A stretch of 64,000 nucleotides of DNA from Synechococcus sp. (GTDB lineage Bacteria; Cyanobacteriota; Cyanobacteriia; Thermostichales; PCC-7336). The notes under the pieces were generated by a model. That model was not told the DNA's origin, did no database searches, and saw nothing but the letters and a program-made list of their open reading frames with translations. Made by a program: the position numbers and the translations under genes. Shown here piece by piece: positions 11,539-21,038 of the stretch. Location of the stretch: assembly GCA_051439425.1 (NCBI GenBank), contig JBFRWD010000123.1:1-64000 (forward strand), given 5' to 3'. The stretch's first letter is position 1, and each line of letters starts with the position of its first letter.

Positions 11539-12510
11539 CTACCCCTGCTCAAATGCTTTTCCTAGAGCAGCCGGAGCCCGTACTTTTAAAAAATTCAGTA
11601 TTTTCCTCCTTGTATCAGGCTCCAATGGCATCAACACGCGTTCCAACCAGCCACTTGAGGTCACGGCTAACACCCCTATCATCAATACAAATGGAGCCAC
11701 GCTAAATACCTGAGTGGGAATTCCCGGTAACTGCCCCTGCATGGCGTTGGCAACAACTTGAAGCAGGCCAAACAAATACACTCCCAAAGCCGCTCGCAGC
11801 GGGTTCCATCCACCGAAAATGGCGATCGCCAAGGCAATCCAACCGTAACCAGCCGTATGGCGGTGACTCCATCCCGCTCGAAAATCCAATGAGTAGGCAG
11901 CTCCGGCAATCCCCATCAAACTTCCTCCTAGCAGCGTATACACATACCTCAGAAAGATCGCATCAATGCCACGAGCAAAAGCAGCAGCCGGTTGCTCTCC
12001 AACCGCTCTTAGAGCCAGTCCGGCTGTCGTGAAATAGAAAAAGCCCCACATACAGCCAATCAGCAGAAAACTGCAATACACCAGCCCATCGTGTCGAAAC
12101 AGGAGTTCCCCGAGAATGGGAATATGCTGCAAGATTGGAACCCTGAAGCTGGGCACGGTCGGACCAGGAACTCGAACAATTGGTGTGCCCAGAAATGAGG
12201 ATAAGTCCGCGCACAACAGCGCCAACACAAATCCAATCGCCACTTGAGACTGCTTCAAGGTGATAGAAGCAAACGCCACAACCAGTGCTACCAATGCTCC
12301 TACCCCAGCCGCCGCGCCAAACCCTAGCATCAAGCTGCCACTATGCTTGGCCGCCGCAAATCCCGTCATTGCAGAGAGTAAGATGGTGCCTTCTGCAGAC
12401 AAATTAATCACTCCGGCCCGCTCGCTCAAGGTTTCCCCTAAAACAGCAAACACGAGTGGCGTGGAGCTAGAGATCGCAGTAGCAAGCAAAGAAATCATGC
12501 CGATAAGCAA
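11539..12510 (-). CDS. ABC transporter permease (nucleoside/BMP-type, BPD_transp_2)
   Basis: LGETLSERAGVINL, LRAVGEQP and GWIALAIAIFGGWNP; multiple TM helices. Confidence 0.9.
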   Translation of the reverse strand: MLIGMISLLATAISSSTPLVFAVLGETLSERAGVINLSAEGTILLSAMTGFAAAKHSGSLMLGFGAAAGVGALVALVVAFASITLKQSQVAIGFVLALLCADLSSFLGTPIVRVPGPTVPSFRVPILQHIPILGELLFRHDGLVYCSFLLIGCMWGFFYFTTAGLALRAVGEQPAAAFARGIDAIFLRYVYTLLGGSLMGIAGAAYSLDFRAGWSHRHTAGYGWIALAIAIFGGWNPLRAALGVYLFGLLQVVANAMQGQLPGIPTQVFSVAPFVLMIGVLAVTSSGWLERVLMPLEPDTRRKILNFLKVRAPAALGKAFEQG

Positions 12511-12919
12511 TTATGAATAGCTGCAATTATGACCGCTCTTCGCAGATTCGTTCTTCCTGTACGACACCAACGCATCCGTTCTGGCCATCAGTGAGGCAGC
12601 CCATCAAGAAAACAAGTGCTTATTGAGTTTGACATTCCAGTTAGGGCAAAGGTTCCCGAGCGCAATCAGGGTTAAACATAGCTGAAACGTCGGCAGTGGC
12701 ATGGCTATTGCGATAGCTCGTGAAACTACCAATGCTAGTTCGTATCTATGCCGATAACAGCGATCGGGCCCTCCATAAAACTGCGGTAATATTAGTCAGG
12801 TCCTGAGGTGTTGGTGACTGCCAATATGTTTTTTGATCTGTAATCTTCGACATCAAGGGTCGGGAGACAAGCGACAGAGCAGTATGCCGGGTGGCGGGTA
12901 ACCGCGTAATATCCTGGAA

Positions 12920-13058
12920 CTATCTAACGCTGCCGAGACTCTTTCCTGGCAATCAGGGGTCGAAACCTGAGGTAAGACGGCACTGCGGGACTCATTCTTC
13001 TCAAAACTGAATATTGCCGGCGTTCGCCGGACTCTAAGCTCCCGCCTGGGAGCTTTTT
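12920..13058 (+). ncRNA. ssrS: 6S RNA (SsrS/SsaA), compact form
   Basis: Blocks resembling cyanobacterial 6S as I recall it: TAACG..CTGC, CGGCACTGCGG, TCAT..CTCAAAAC-TGA, GCCGGCGT..CCGG and the terminal CTCCCGCCTGGGAG hairpin with a U-run. A -10-like TAATAT lies at 12907. Ends are approximate. Confidence 0.7.
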
Positions 13059-13146
13059 TGTTGTTTCAGGAAGGATATTAGTTGTAGTGCACGTCCCCCT
13101 ATCGCCTCCGAATCGCCCGTAAGCTATATATCTCAAGGACAAACGC

Positions 13147-13202
13147 ATATCCGACTAAAACAGTCTGGATTATTTGACACAAAAAAAACGAGATGTTAAC
13201 TT
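13147..13202 (+). promoter_or_regulatory. Sigma70-type promoter with an adjacent Rrf2 (IscR type 1/CymR-like) palindrome
   Basis: ATATCCGACT-AAAAC-AGTCTGGATT (13147-13171) abuts TTGACA (13174)-N17-TAACTT (13197), with an extended TG. Confidence 0.6.
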
Positions 13203-13263
13203 ACTCAAGACGGACTGCACCGTTTTTGATTTTCTCTACTGTCAAACAATCCGAGTTCTTGAC

Positions 13264-14577
13264 ATGACCCAAGCCATTTCCCCTCTGTCGGACACTGTTT
13301 CCGCAATTACCTCTAAAGTGAGCCACCTGCAATGTAAGGAATGTGGCGCCAAATACGAGCCCACAGCCCAGCACGTCTGCGAATTGTGCTTTGGTCCGCT
13401 AGAGGTGGCTTATGACTACGACCGCATCAAGCAATCGGTCTCTCGCGAAATCATCGAGAATGGCCCCAATTCCATTTGGCGCTATCGCCAGTTCCTGCCA
13501 GTCGATACCGATACTCCCATTGACGTCGGTACCGGCATGACCCCCTTAGTGAAAGCAGAGCGGTTGGGTCGCCGTTTGGGCTTGAACAATCTCTATATCA
13601 AAAACGATGCAGTCAACATGCCCACCTTGAGCTTCAAGGATCGGGTGGTCTCTGTCGCCCTGACGCGTGCCGTTGAACTCGGCTTCGACACCGTCTCCTG
13701 CGCCAGCACCGGCAACTTGGCTAACTCGGTAGCCGCGATCGCCGCTCACGCTGGTTTGGAATGCACTATTTTCATCCCCTCCGATTTGGAAGCTGGGAAG
13801 GTACTGGGTTCTCTGATCTACAACCCCACCGTCATGGCAGTAGAGGGTAACTACGATCAGGTCAACCGCCTGTGCTCCGAAGTGGCCAACACTTACGGCT
13901 GGGGCTTCGTGAACATCAACCTGCGCCCTTACTATTCTGAAGGTTCCAAGACCCTCGGATACGAAGTCGCCGAGCAACTGGGTTGGCAACTCCCCGATCA
14001 CGTCGTCACTCCACTGGCCTCTGGCTCCATGTACAACAAGGTGTACAAGGGCTTCCAAGAATTCATCAAAACCGGTCTGGTGGAAGCGAAAGATGTCCGC
14101 ATGAGCGGTGCTCAAGCAGAAGGTTGCTCTCCTATTTATCAAGCATTCAAGGAAGGTCGCGACTTCGTCACTCCCGTCAAGCCCGATACCATCGCCAAGT
14201 CAATTGCGATCGGAAACCCTGCAGATGGCATCTACGCTCTCGAGCTAGCCCGCAAAACCAACGGCAACATTGAAGCTGCCAACGATCCTGAAATTATTGA
14301 AGGCATTAAACTTCTGGCCGAAACAGAAGGTATCTTTACCGAAACTGCCGGTGGCACGACCATCGCCGTTCTGAAGAAACTAGCGGAAAGTGGCCGTATC
14401 GGTTCTGATGAGGTAACCGTGGCTTACATTACCGGTAACGGCCTCAAAACCCAGGAAGCCATCCAGTCTCATGTTGGTCACCCTTTGGTGATTTCACCTA
14501 AGCTGGAAAGCTTTGAGCAGGCATTAGAGCGTGCCCGCACCTTAGAGCGTCTCGACTGGCAAGAGGTAACGGTTTAG
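13264..14577 (+). CDS. Threonine-synthase-like PLP enzyme (candidate O-phosphohomoserine sulfhydrylase, MetM-like)
   Basis: N-terminal CxxC..CxxC, PLP lysine motif PTLSFKDR, CASTGN, EGSKT and ITGNGLKT; adjacent to a sulfur-carrier gene. Confidence 0.85.
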   Translation: MTQAISPLSDTVSAITSKVSHLQCKECGAKYEPTAQHVCELCFGPLEVAYDYDRIKQSVSREIIENGPNSIWRYRQFLPVDTDTPIDVGTGMTPLVKAERLGRRLGLNNLYIKNDAVNMPTLSFKDRVVSVALTRAVELGFDTVSCASTGNLANSVAAIAAHAGLECTIFIPSDLEAGKVLGSLIYNPTVMAVEGNYDQVNRLCSEVANTYGWGFVNINLRPYYSEGSKTLGYEVAEQLGWQLPDHVVTPLASGSMYNKVYKGFQEFIKTGLVEAKDVRMSGAQAEGCSPIYQAFKEGRDFVTPVKPDTIAKSIAIGNPADGIYALELARKTNGNIEAANDPEIIEGIKLLAETEGIFTETAGGTTIAVLKKLAESGRIGSDEVTVAYITGNGLKTQEAIQSHVGHPLVISPKLESFEQALERARTLERLDWQEVTV

Positions 14578-14759
14578 TCATACTCGCAAGGCTCTCACTC
14601 TCGTCTGCCTCTCAGGTGTTGCCCTTGGGTATTGCACACTGTGCCGACAATGCCCTCAACGCGTGACCCTGTTTGAGAGTTTCGAGCCAAAAACAGCATA
14701 GCCCCAACGCTAGCGGGGCTAATCATTGGTAAACTACATCCGCTGCAAGAGAATCGTAG

Positions 14760-15038
14760 ATGGCTGTTAAAGTCCTAATCCCCACCCCCCTACAAAAGCT
14801 AACTAACAATCAGGCAGAGCTAGAGTGCGAAGGTAGCACCATCACCGAGCTACTTAACTCCCTTGAGTCCAGTTGTCCGGGTATTAAGAACCGCTTGTGC
14901 GATGACTCCGGCAGCCTTCGCCGGTTTGTCAACTTCTACGTCAATGACGAAGATATACGCTTTTTGGATAACACCAATACTGGACTCAAAGATGGTGATG
15001 TTGTGAGCATCATTCCTGCCATTGCGGGTGGCGTATAG
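14760..15038 (+). CDS. MoaD/ThiS/CysO-family sulfur carrier protein
   Basis: [17 protein letters not shown]-terminus IPAIAGGV. Confidence 0.92.
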   Translation: MAVKVLIPTPLQKLTNNQAELECEGSTITELLNSLESSCPGIKNRLCDDSGSLRRFVNFYVNDEDIRFLDNTNTGLKDGDVVSIIPAIAGGV

Positions 15039-15151
15039 CTCAATACCATCAGCTGCTATAAGTCGTGGTTATATGTACTTCATTGGCCGTGGACAACACG
15101 GCTATCATGGATGCAAACTGCTTTTGGCAGTGTCGTGTTAAGGATGGCGTT

Positions 15152-15577
15152 ATGTCCAAGGCAACCGCAACTCAAGAGATTGCATCTGCACCGGTTGAGC
15201 TGGAGAGCCAGTTTGCGAATAAAGGTCTACTTACGGAGCAGCGTCCCTGGGGTGCCTACACTGTTTTGGAAGAAGGGCCGGGTTATAAAATTAAGCGCAT
15301 CGTAGTGAAACCCAAGCATCGTCTGAGCTTGCAAATGCACTACCACCGCAGCGAGCACTGGATTGTGGTGTCTGGAACTGCCAAAGTCACTTGCAACGAT
15401 AGTGAGCATGTGCTGTCTCACAATGAGTCAACGTTCGTTCCTCCCTGCAGTACTCACCGCCTGGAGAACCCTGGCGTTATTCCGTTGGTCATTATTGAAG
15501 TTCAGAACGGTCAGTACTTAGGTGAAGATGATATTGTTCGATTCAATGATGACTATAATCGTGCTCCCAAAGAATAG
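15152..15577 (+). CDS. Mannose-6-phosphate isomerase type II C-terminal cupin protein
   Basis: RPWG, LSLQMHYHRSEHW and EVQNGQYLGEDDIVR motifs. Confidence 0.9.
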   Translation: MSKATATQEIASAPVELESQFANKGLLTEQRPWGAYTVLEEGPGYKIKRIVVKPKHRLSLQMHYHRSEHWIVVSGTAKVTCNDSEHVLSHNESTFVPPCSTHRLENPGVIPLVIIEVQNGQYLGEDDIVRFNDDYNRAPKE

Positions 15578-15625
15578 TCGTTGCTAAGATTCAAGTCTGC
15601 ACTCCACAGATTTGCATTTTGTTGC

Positions 15626-15654
15626 CTCTCCAAGAGCACTTTTGGAGAGTTTTT
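15626..15654 (+). terminator. Rho-independent terminator
   Basis: CTCTCCAAGA-GCACT-TTTGGAGAG followed by TTTTT. Confidence 0.65.
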
Positions 15655-15751
15655 CGTATTTGACAATATAGGCCTCAGAGGAAAACGCTGTCAGGTCGAA
15701 AAGTTATGAGCCGGTTCTAATCCTTAAACTCCTTAGACGAAGACATCAACA

Positions 15752-16771
15752 TTAAGTCGGATTAATCTTCTCCCCGCAACGCAACTTGCCAATCAGCTCC
15801 AGGTTGACCGAGCTGTAGCCATCGCCTACGTGACGAAGGTGGGCCCCCAATTGCTGATGGGCTAAGCCCAGCTTGTGAAAGGGAATGGATGGGCAAAAGT
15901 GATGTTCTGCATGGTACGGCATGTTCCACAGCAGCCAACGCAGCGGAGGCCACGTTAGGGTAGTGCGAGTATTAGTGAAAGGATTGGCATCGAGAGTGCA
16001 ATCCGTATGTTCTGCCAACAGGATGAGCCGCAATATAGGTTGTCCGATCGCCATCGGTAACAGCCAAACCAACACAAACCAGGGGTACTGGACGTAAACA
16101 GACATGGCGATCGCCAGGACGTACAGCGAACATTGCAGTAGCACCGAGCGCTGTACCTGCGATCTGGCATCTTCGGGGATGTAGGGCATTTCCTCCATTT
16201 GACCTGTTGCACACAGCCAATACGTCTGCAACTTGCCCAACCACCACGGAATTCCGCTGACATGCCACAGGTATTCTTGCAAGTTCGTAGGAGTGGGGTC
16301 GGTGAGTTCGGGATCGCGACCCGGAACACGGGTGTAGCGATGGTGCCACTTGTGATAGCGACGGTAAAACGTACTGTTATACACAGATACAACACCAGTC
16401 AGCCAGGCCACACTATCGTTAAGATAGCGACGGTCAAAGACCGTGCGGTGAACGCATTCGTGTAGAGGCATAAACGTGGTGGCTATCCCCAACCCGTAGA
16501 GCAGCAGCGCGGGCAACCCCAACCACAGATTGTGGAGTTGGGTTAGCCAGACATAACCCGTTGCTGTGAGATAAAAACAATGTCCTAAAAGCTGTGCGGC
16601 ACCCTTAATATTGGATCGCTGGTTGAGGTGCGCTAAACCTTCGCGGGTAAACAATTCGCGAGGAGAGGGGAAGGCCGGTGCATAGTGCGAGGCCCCGCTC
16701 AAACCGAGATCGGGATGGCCGCCAGGACACGAGGCACCTGCAGGATGGTTCGAGCGGGGCTTGTCGGACAT
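15752..16771 (-). CDS. Membrane fatty-acid desaturase/hydroxylase family protein (MocD-like)
   Basis: His boxes HECVH, HKWHH and HAEHH; LAEHTDC..NTRTT and WNMPYH. Confidence 0.85.
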   Translation of the reverse strand: MSDKPRSNHPAGASCPGGHPDLGLSGASHYAPAFPSPRELFTREGLAHLNQRSNIKGAAQLLGHCFYLTATGYVWLTQLHNLWLGLPALLLYGLGIATTFMPLHECVHRTVFDRRYLNDSVAWLTGVVSVYNSTFYRRYHKWHHRYTRVPGRDPELTDPTPTNLQEYLWHVSGIPWWLGKLQTYWLCATGQMEEMPYIPEDARSQVQRSVLLQCSLYVLAIAMSVYVQYPWFVLVWLLPMAIGQPILRLILLAEHTDCTLDANPFTNTRTTLTWPPLRWLLWNMPYHAEHHFCPSIPFHKLGLAHQQLGAHLRHVGDGYSSVNLELIGKLRCGEKINPT

Positions 16772-16952
16772 AATGGCTACCCAAGCAAAAAGAGAAAGAA
16801 GTGCGATGTGTCATGAAAGAGAAGCACGCTCCTTTTCTAACAAGTTCTAGAGAATTAGACTGTTCAACCGCTCGAACATCATGGCTCGGCAATGCCTGAC
16901 CTATATTCGAGTGAACACAGGCTTTGATTATTGTCTTCACCACGCGAGTGCT

Positions 16953-17819
16953 ATGGGGCTTAACCAGCGATCGAAAAGCAGAATTTTCATCAACTACCGG
17001 CGCGATGATGCTCGCGGAATTGCCGGTCGCCTAGAAGACAGCTTGAGTGCCTATTTTGGCGACGATCGCGTCTTTCGAGATGTTAACGACATTGAAGCAG
17101 GAGCCGACTTCGAAACCGTTTTGCAAGATACGGTATTGGCTGCCGATGCCCTAATTGTCCTCATTGGCCCGGATTGGCTCGATATGTGCGACGGAGAAGG
17201 AAGACGGCGACTGAACAATGCTGACGATTGGGTTGCCAGAGAAGTCGTGACTGCAATGGACAAACAAGTTCCAATCTTTCCAGTGTTGGTGGAAGACACT
17301 CCAATGCCCAGGGCAGCAGATCTACCAGATGCTCTAAAGCCGCTAGCCAATCGCAATGCCATATCGATTTCAGATAAACGCTGGGCCACAGATGTGGCTC
17401 GTTTAGCCAAATTTGTCGCATTGGACATTCCAGGCTCTGCTGCCGAACGGACATTGGGTTGGGTCAACATCCTCATATCGTGTGCCCTGTTTGCCACAAC
17501 TGCATTCACACCACCACAGCCACCAACAGACCAATCATCTGATTCTGGTCTGACCTACGTGGAATCAACCGTTACGTACTTTGCGATTGCAGGCAGTACG
17601 ATTTTGTTATTTGTCATTGCCCTGCTGGTCGATCCGGCCAAACGACGATTGGTCTACGCAAGTGCACTCTGTGGAGCCTTGGGCATGGGAATCAGCTTCA
17701 TTAGCTTGACGCTAGTAGACGAGGATAGGAACGAACCCGTTTCGCTATTTGTCGGTTCAACACTGACTGTCACTGGCATGTTTGCCCTCATGAACCAGTC
17801 GGGATTCAAACCAAAGTAG
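16953..17819 (+). CDS. TIR-domain protein with about four C-terminal TM helices
   Basis: IFINYRRDD, VFRD..IEAGADF and DWVAREV (catalytic-position Glu), followed by hydrophobic segments. Confidence 0.85.
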   Translation: MGLNQRSKSRIFINYRRDDARGIAGRLEDSLSAYFGDDRVFRDVNDIEAGADFETVLQDTVLAADALIVLIGPDWLDMCDGEGRRRLNNADDWVAREVVTAMDKQVPIFPVLVEDTPMPRAADLPDALKPLANRNAISISDKRWATDVARLAKFVALDIPGSAAERTLGWVNILISCALFATTAFTPPQPPTDQSSDSGLTYVESTVTYFAIAGSTILLFVIALLVDPAKRRLVYASALCGALGMGISFISLTLVDEDRNEPVSLFVGSTLTVTGMFALMNQSGFKPK

Positions 17820-17913
17820 TATAGCAATCCGCTTTAAGGTCTGGAGGGTTGAGGCCCCCAAAATACTTGCCTTTCAAGGAAAAGTGGTCAAAGAACTCTC
17901 CATAGCGGATTGC
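17820..17913. mobile_element. Small MITE-like element with 10-bp terminal inverted repeats
   Basis: TATA-GCAATCCGCT (17824-17833) ... AGCGGATTGC (17904-17913); a second copy of the left end lies at 50787. Confidence 0.5.
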
Positions 17914-18015
17914 CGATGGCTATGGCAGCTGTGTAGAAGAGTTGAAAAATAATCGCCAGCAAGTCTCCCCGCTGGCGATCGCTGATTCCGCTTTGAATTG
18001 GCTCAGGTATAGGTA

Positions 18016-19059
18016 CTACGACTCGACAGCCGAGAACGGTACATATGCAGTCTCGGGATGATAGATATGGCACTCCTGAATCACGTGCTTCATCATGTCC
18101 CAATTGAACTTGGTTTCAATCAGATACTCACCCCAATTCTCCTGCAGGCTGGCATGAGCGGCCCGCAGATTGTAAGACGGAATTCCCACAGAGACGTGAT
18201 GGGGAATGTGGACGTTGATATCGTGGCACAGCACTTCTATCCACTTGGGATAATCACAATGGACGGTACCTGCCAATTGAGAGTAGGCCGCGTTCCACTT
18301 GTTTCCAGGGAAGAATTGTATGTTGGGGGCAGTGTGGTGAACGATGGTGAAGGTGCTCATCCAGAAGTGGTAGCCCAACCAAGGCATAACCCAAAATTTC
18401 ACGAAGCCCCATACCCCCAAGAACCAAATCATGGTGGGGAAGGCAATCGCAGCGCCCACAATAACGAAAACTGCGGAGAACATGAACTTAGCGCGGTCGC
18501 GTTCTTTAACAGAGGCAGGATTGAAATGGTGCATGGCCCAGTGGAAAATGGAGGCAATCCACCAGAAAGCTCCACGCAAAGCTTTATATAGACGACTGAC
18601 GCCAGAGTTTTCGGTTTTATACTTCTCTTCTGTCCAGGGGTGCCACGCATTGTCCACATCCAACTTGTTGGTGTAGAGATGGTGGGTGTCGTGGTGAATG
18701 CGCCAGCCATGGAAGGGGTAAATCAGGGGCAACATTGCCAAGTGACCCACCAAGTCATTTACCCAACGTTTCTTAGCAAACGAACGGTGAGCACAGTCAT
18801 GACCAATCACGAAGAAACCGGTGAGGGCAGTTCCGGTGAAGAACCAGGCGAAAGGGAGTAAATACCAAGGGGAAAAGGCGATCGCAGCATAGCCAGCAAT
18901 CGACGCAGCGATAGTGATAGCAACAGCTCGCCAAGCTTTAAAACCATTTTTTTCAAACACCTCTTTCGGGAGGCTGCGAATAATGTCTCGAAGTTGAGTG
19001 CTGTCGTCGAGACGATACGACGATATTTTCGAAACGGGTCTTTCTGTAGTGGCAGTCAT
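18016..19059 (-). CDS. desA: Delta-12 acyl-lipid desaturase
   Basis: His boxes HDCAH, HDTHH and [14 protein letters not shown] and CHDINVH. Confidence 0.93.
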   Translation of the reverse strand: MTATTERPVSKISSYRLDDSTQLRDIIRSLPKEVFEKNGFKAWRAVAITIAASIAGYAAIAFSPWYLLPFAWFFTGTALTGFFVIGHDCAHRSFAKKRWVNDLVGHLAMLPLIYPFHGWRIHHDTHHLYTNKLDVDNAWHPWTEEKYKTENSGVSRLYKALRGAFWWIASIFHWAMHHFNPASVKERDRAKFMFSAVFVIVGAAIAFPTMIWFLGVWGFVKFWVMPWLGYHFWMSTFTIVHHTAPNIQFFPGNKWNAAYSQLAGTVHCDYPKWIEVLCHDINVHIPHHVSVGIPSYNLRAAHASLQENWGEYLIETKFNWDMMKHVIQECHIYHPETAYVPFSAVES

Positions 19060-19428
19060 ATACCGGAGAGATCTCTATGGTTGAAACAGGATTCACATCG
19101 CACAATTGCGCCCGGACTAGAGCAGCACATCTGCACTCTTCGATTCGAGCGTCTGCTCCTCGGAAGCATCGCGGAGGAGAGTCTCTGAAGCATGGGTGAC
19201 TTAAGAAACCTTTACGTTTATATACCATGCTGACGGGGTTCATCTACCGGTTATTCCGACTAAGCAGGTGTTTCATGTAACACTGCATAGCAAAGTCGAT
19301 CCCCCAAGCCCCTTCCATTTTTGTTGAGTCTAGAAGGTTATGACGAAGGGATATCAGTGAAGTTCTCTAACCGTACTTAAGGCAATCGAGCAAGTATTCA
19401 GACATCGATTTGGAGTTCCTTGCCATAG

Positions 19429-20784
19429 TTGAAAAGTGATTGTTTCAACCATCGGCCTGTGTCTAATCGCGATCGCTCTCAGTTTTCTTCATCCTCCAGC
19501 AGCAGTTCCGAACACGAGTTGGCTGATGGAGATGTCAATACTCAAACAAAGGGGACAAACGCCATTGCTAGCGCATGGAATGCGATCGCTGTTCCCCTTC
19601 AGCAGCTAATTGGAACCGAATTGTGGGGGGGAGAGGGCGAAAAAATTGCGGAAATTTTGGCCAAAGTCCGGGCAGAGCTGCCCACCACAGAAGCATTATT
19701 GGTGGGCAAACCTCAAGCGGGTAAAAGCTCGATTGTGCGCGGATTAACCGGTGCACCAGTAGAGATCGTCGGCCAGGGCTTTCGTCCCCACACTCAACAC
19801 ACCCAACAATATGCCTATCCCTCAGAAGAGCTGCCGCTGCTGGTGTTCACAGACACTGTGGGATTGGGAGATATCGAACGAGACACCCAGGCATTAGTAG
19901 AGGAACTGTTGGTGGAGTTGCGCGAGACATCTCAAGGGGCACGCATCTTTATCCTGACCGTCAAAATCAACGACTTTGCCACCGATAGCCTGTGCCAAAT
20001 TGCCCGCCAGTTGCGCAAAACTCACCCGGAAATTCCGTGCCTGTTGGCCGTTACCTGCTTGCACGAACTCTATCCCAGGCTGACTGATCGCCACCCCGAC
20101 TACCCACCCAACTACCAAGAAATTCAAGAGGCATACACCGCTCACAAACAGACGTTTGCAGAGCTATGCGATCGCTCCCTATTGCTGGATTTCACATTGG
20201 AAGAAGATGGTATTGACCCTACGTTCTACGGACTGGAGCAGCTCCGAGATACGCTGGCGGACATGCTGCCGGAGGCAGAGGCACAGGCGATCGCTCAACT
20301 ACTGACCGCAAAATCCGATTCCACCCTTGAATCAGCATCTTCTCAAATCGGCGCAGTCTATCGACAGGCTGGGCGGCAATATTCGATGGCTTTTGCGGTC
20401 ATTGCCGCCGCTGTTTCTGCCGTGCCGTTACCCTTTGCCACGATGCCGATGTTGACGGCATTGCAAATTTCCTTGGTGGGTTTATTGGGCAAGCTGTACG
20501 GCCAAACACTATCCCCATCACAGGTCGGTGGGATTGCCAGCACGATCGCGGGTGGATTCTTAGCCCGTGCCGTGGGGCGGGAGCTATTGAAATTTGTACC
20601 GGGGTTGGGGACGGCGATCGCTGCGTCGTGGGCAGCGGCTTATACATGGGCGTTGGGGGAAGGCGCTTGTGTCTATTTCGGAGATTTGATGGGGGGCAAG
20701 ACTCCTAGCCCTGAGAAGATACGCGGGGCGATCGAACAAGCGTTGGAGGAGGCGAAGGAGCGGTTCAAGTCTGCCAATGTCTAG
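19429..20784 (+). CDS. Era/MMR_HSR1-like GTPase with a C-terminal DUF697 (YcjF-like) membrane domain
   Basis: GKPQAGKSS and DTVG; hydrophobic AVPLPFATMP..KFVPGLG. Start uncertain (GTG 19459 possible). Confidence 0.8.
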   Translation: MKSDCFNHRPVSNRDRSQFSSSSSSSSEHELADGDVNTQTKGTNAIASAWNAIAVPLQQLIGTELWGGEGEKIAEILAKVRAELPTTEALLVGKPQAGKSSIVRGLTGAPVEIVGQGFRPHTQHTQQYAYPSEELPLLVFTDTVGLGDIERDTQALVEELLVELRETSQGARIFILTVKINDFATDSLCQIARQLRKTHPEIPCLLAVTCLHELYPRLTDRHPDYPPNYQEIQEAYTAHKQTFAELCDRSLLLDFTLEEDGIDPTFYGLEQLRDTLADMLPEAEAQAIAQLLTAKSDSTLESASSQIGAVYRQAGRQYSMAFAVIAAAVSAVPLPFATMPMLTALQISLVGLLGKLYGQTLSPSQVGGIASTIAGGFLARAVGRELLKFVPGLGTAIAASWAAAYTWALGEGACVYFGDLMGGKTPSPEKIRGAIEQALEEAKERFKSANV

Positions 20785-21038
20785 CGGCTATGCTTCGGCA
20801 ATCGCCGCTGCTTCAAAACTGATTGAACTAGAGGGGCTAGGACAATGGAATGGGTCTAAAAAAATCCGAACAAATCCTTTCCTGCCAGTAGCGTTTGCAT
20901 ACACTGATTGCGTCTGGAGATAGGTATCTCCGGGATATATGCCCTCCATATAGTGCCCTGACGGTTTAGTTAGTGGAGCTAGAACAGCGGGCAATCTCAT
21001 AGCAGACGGCGCGATCGCGGAACGATAGGGATTGGCTC

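Noticed and set aside
12924..13148. 74-aa minus-strand ORF
   Set aside because: It overlaps the 6S RNA candidate and has no protein features.
19252..19275. Third Rrf2-like site (TATTCCGACTAA) upstream of desA
   Set aside because: Only one half-site matches.
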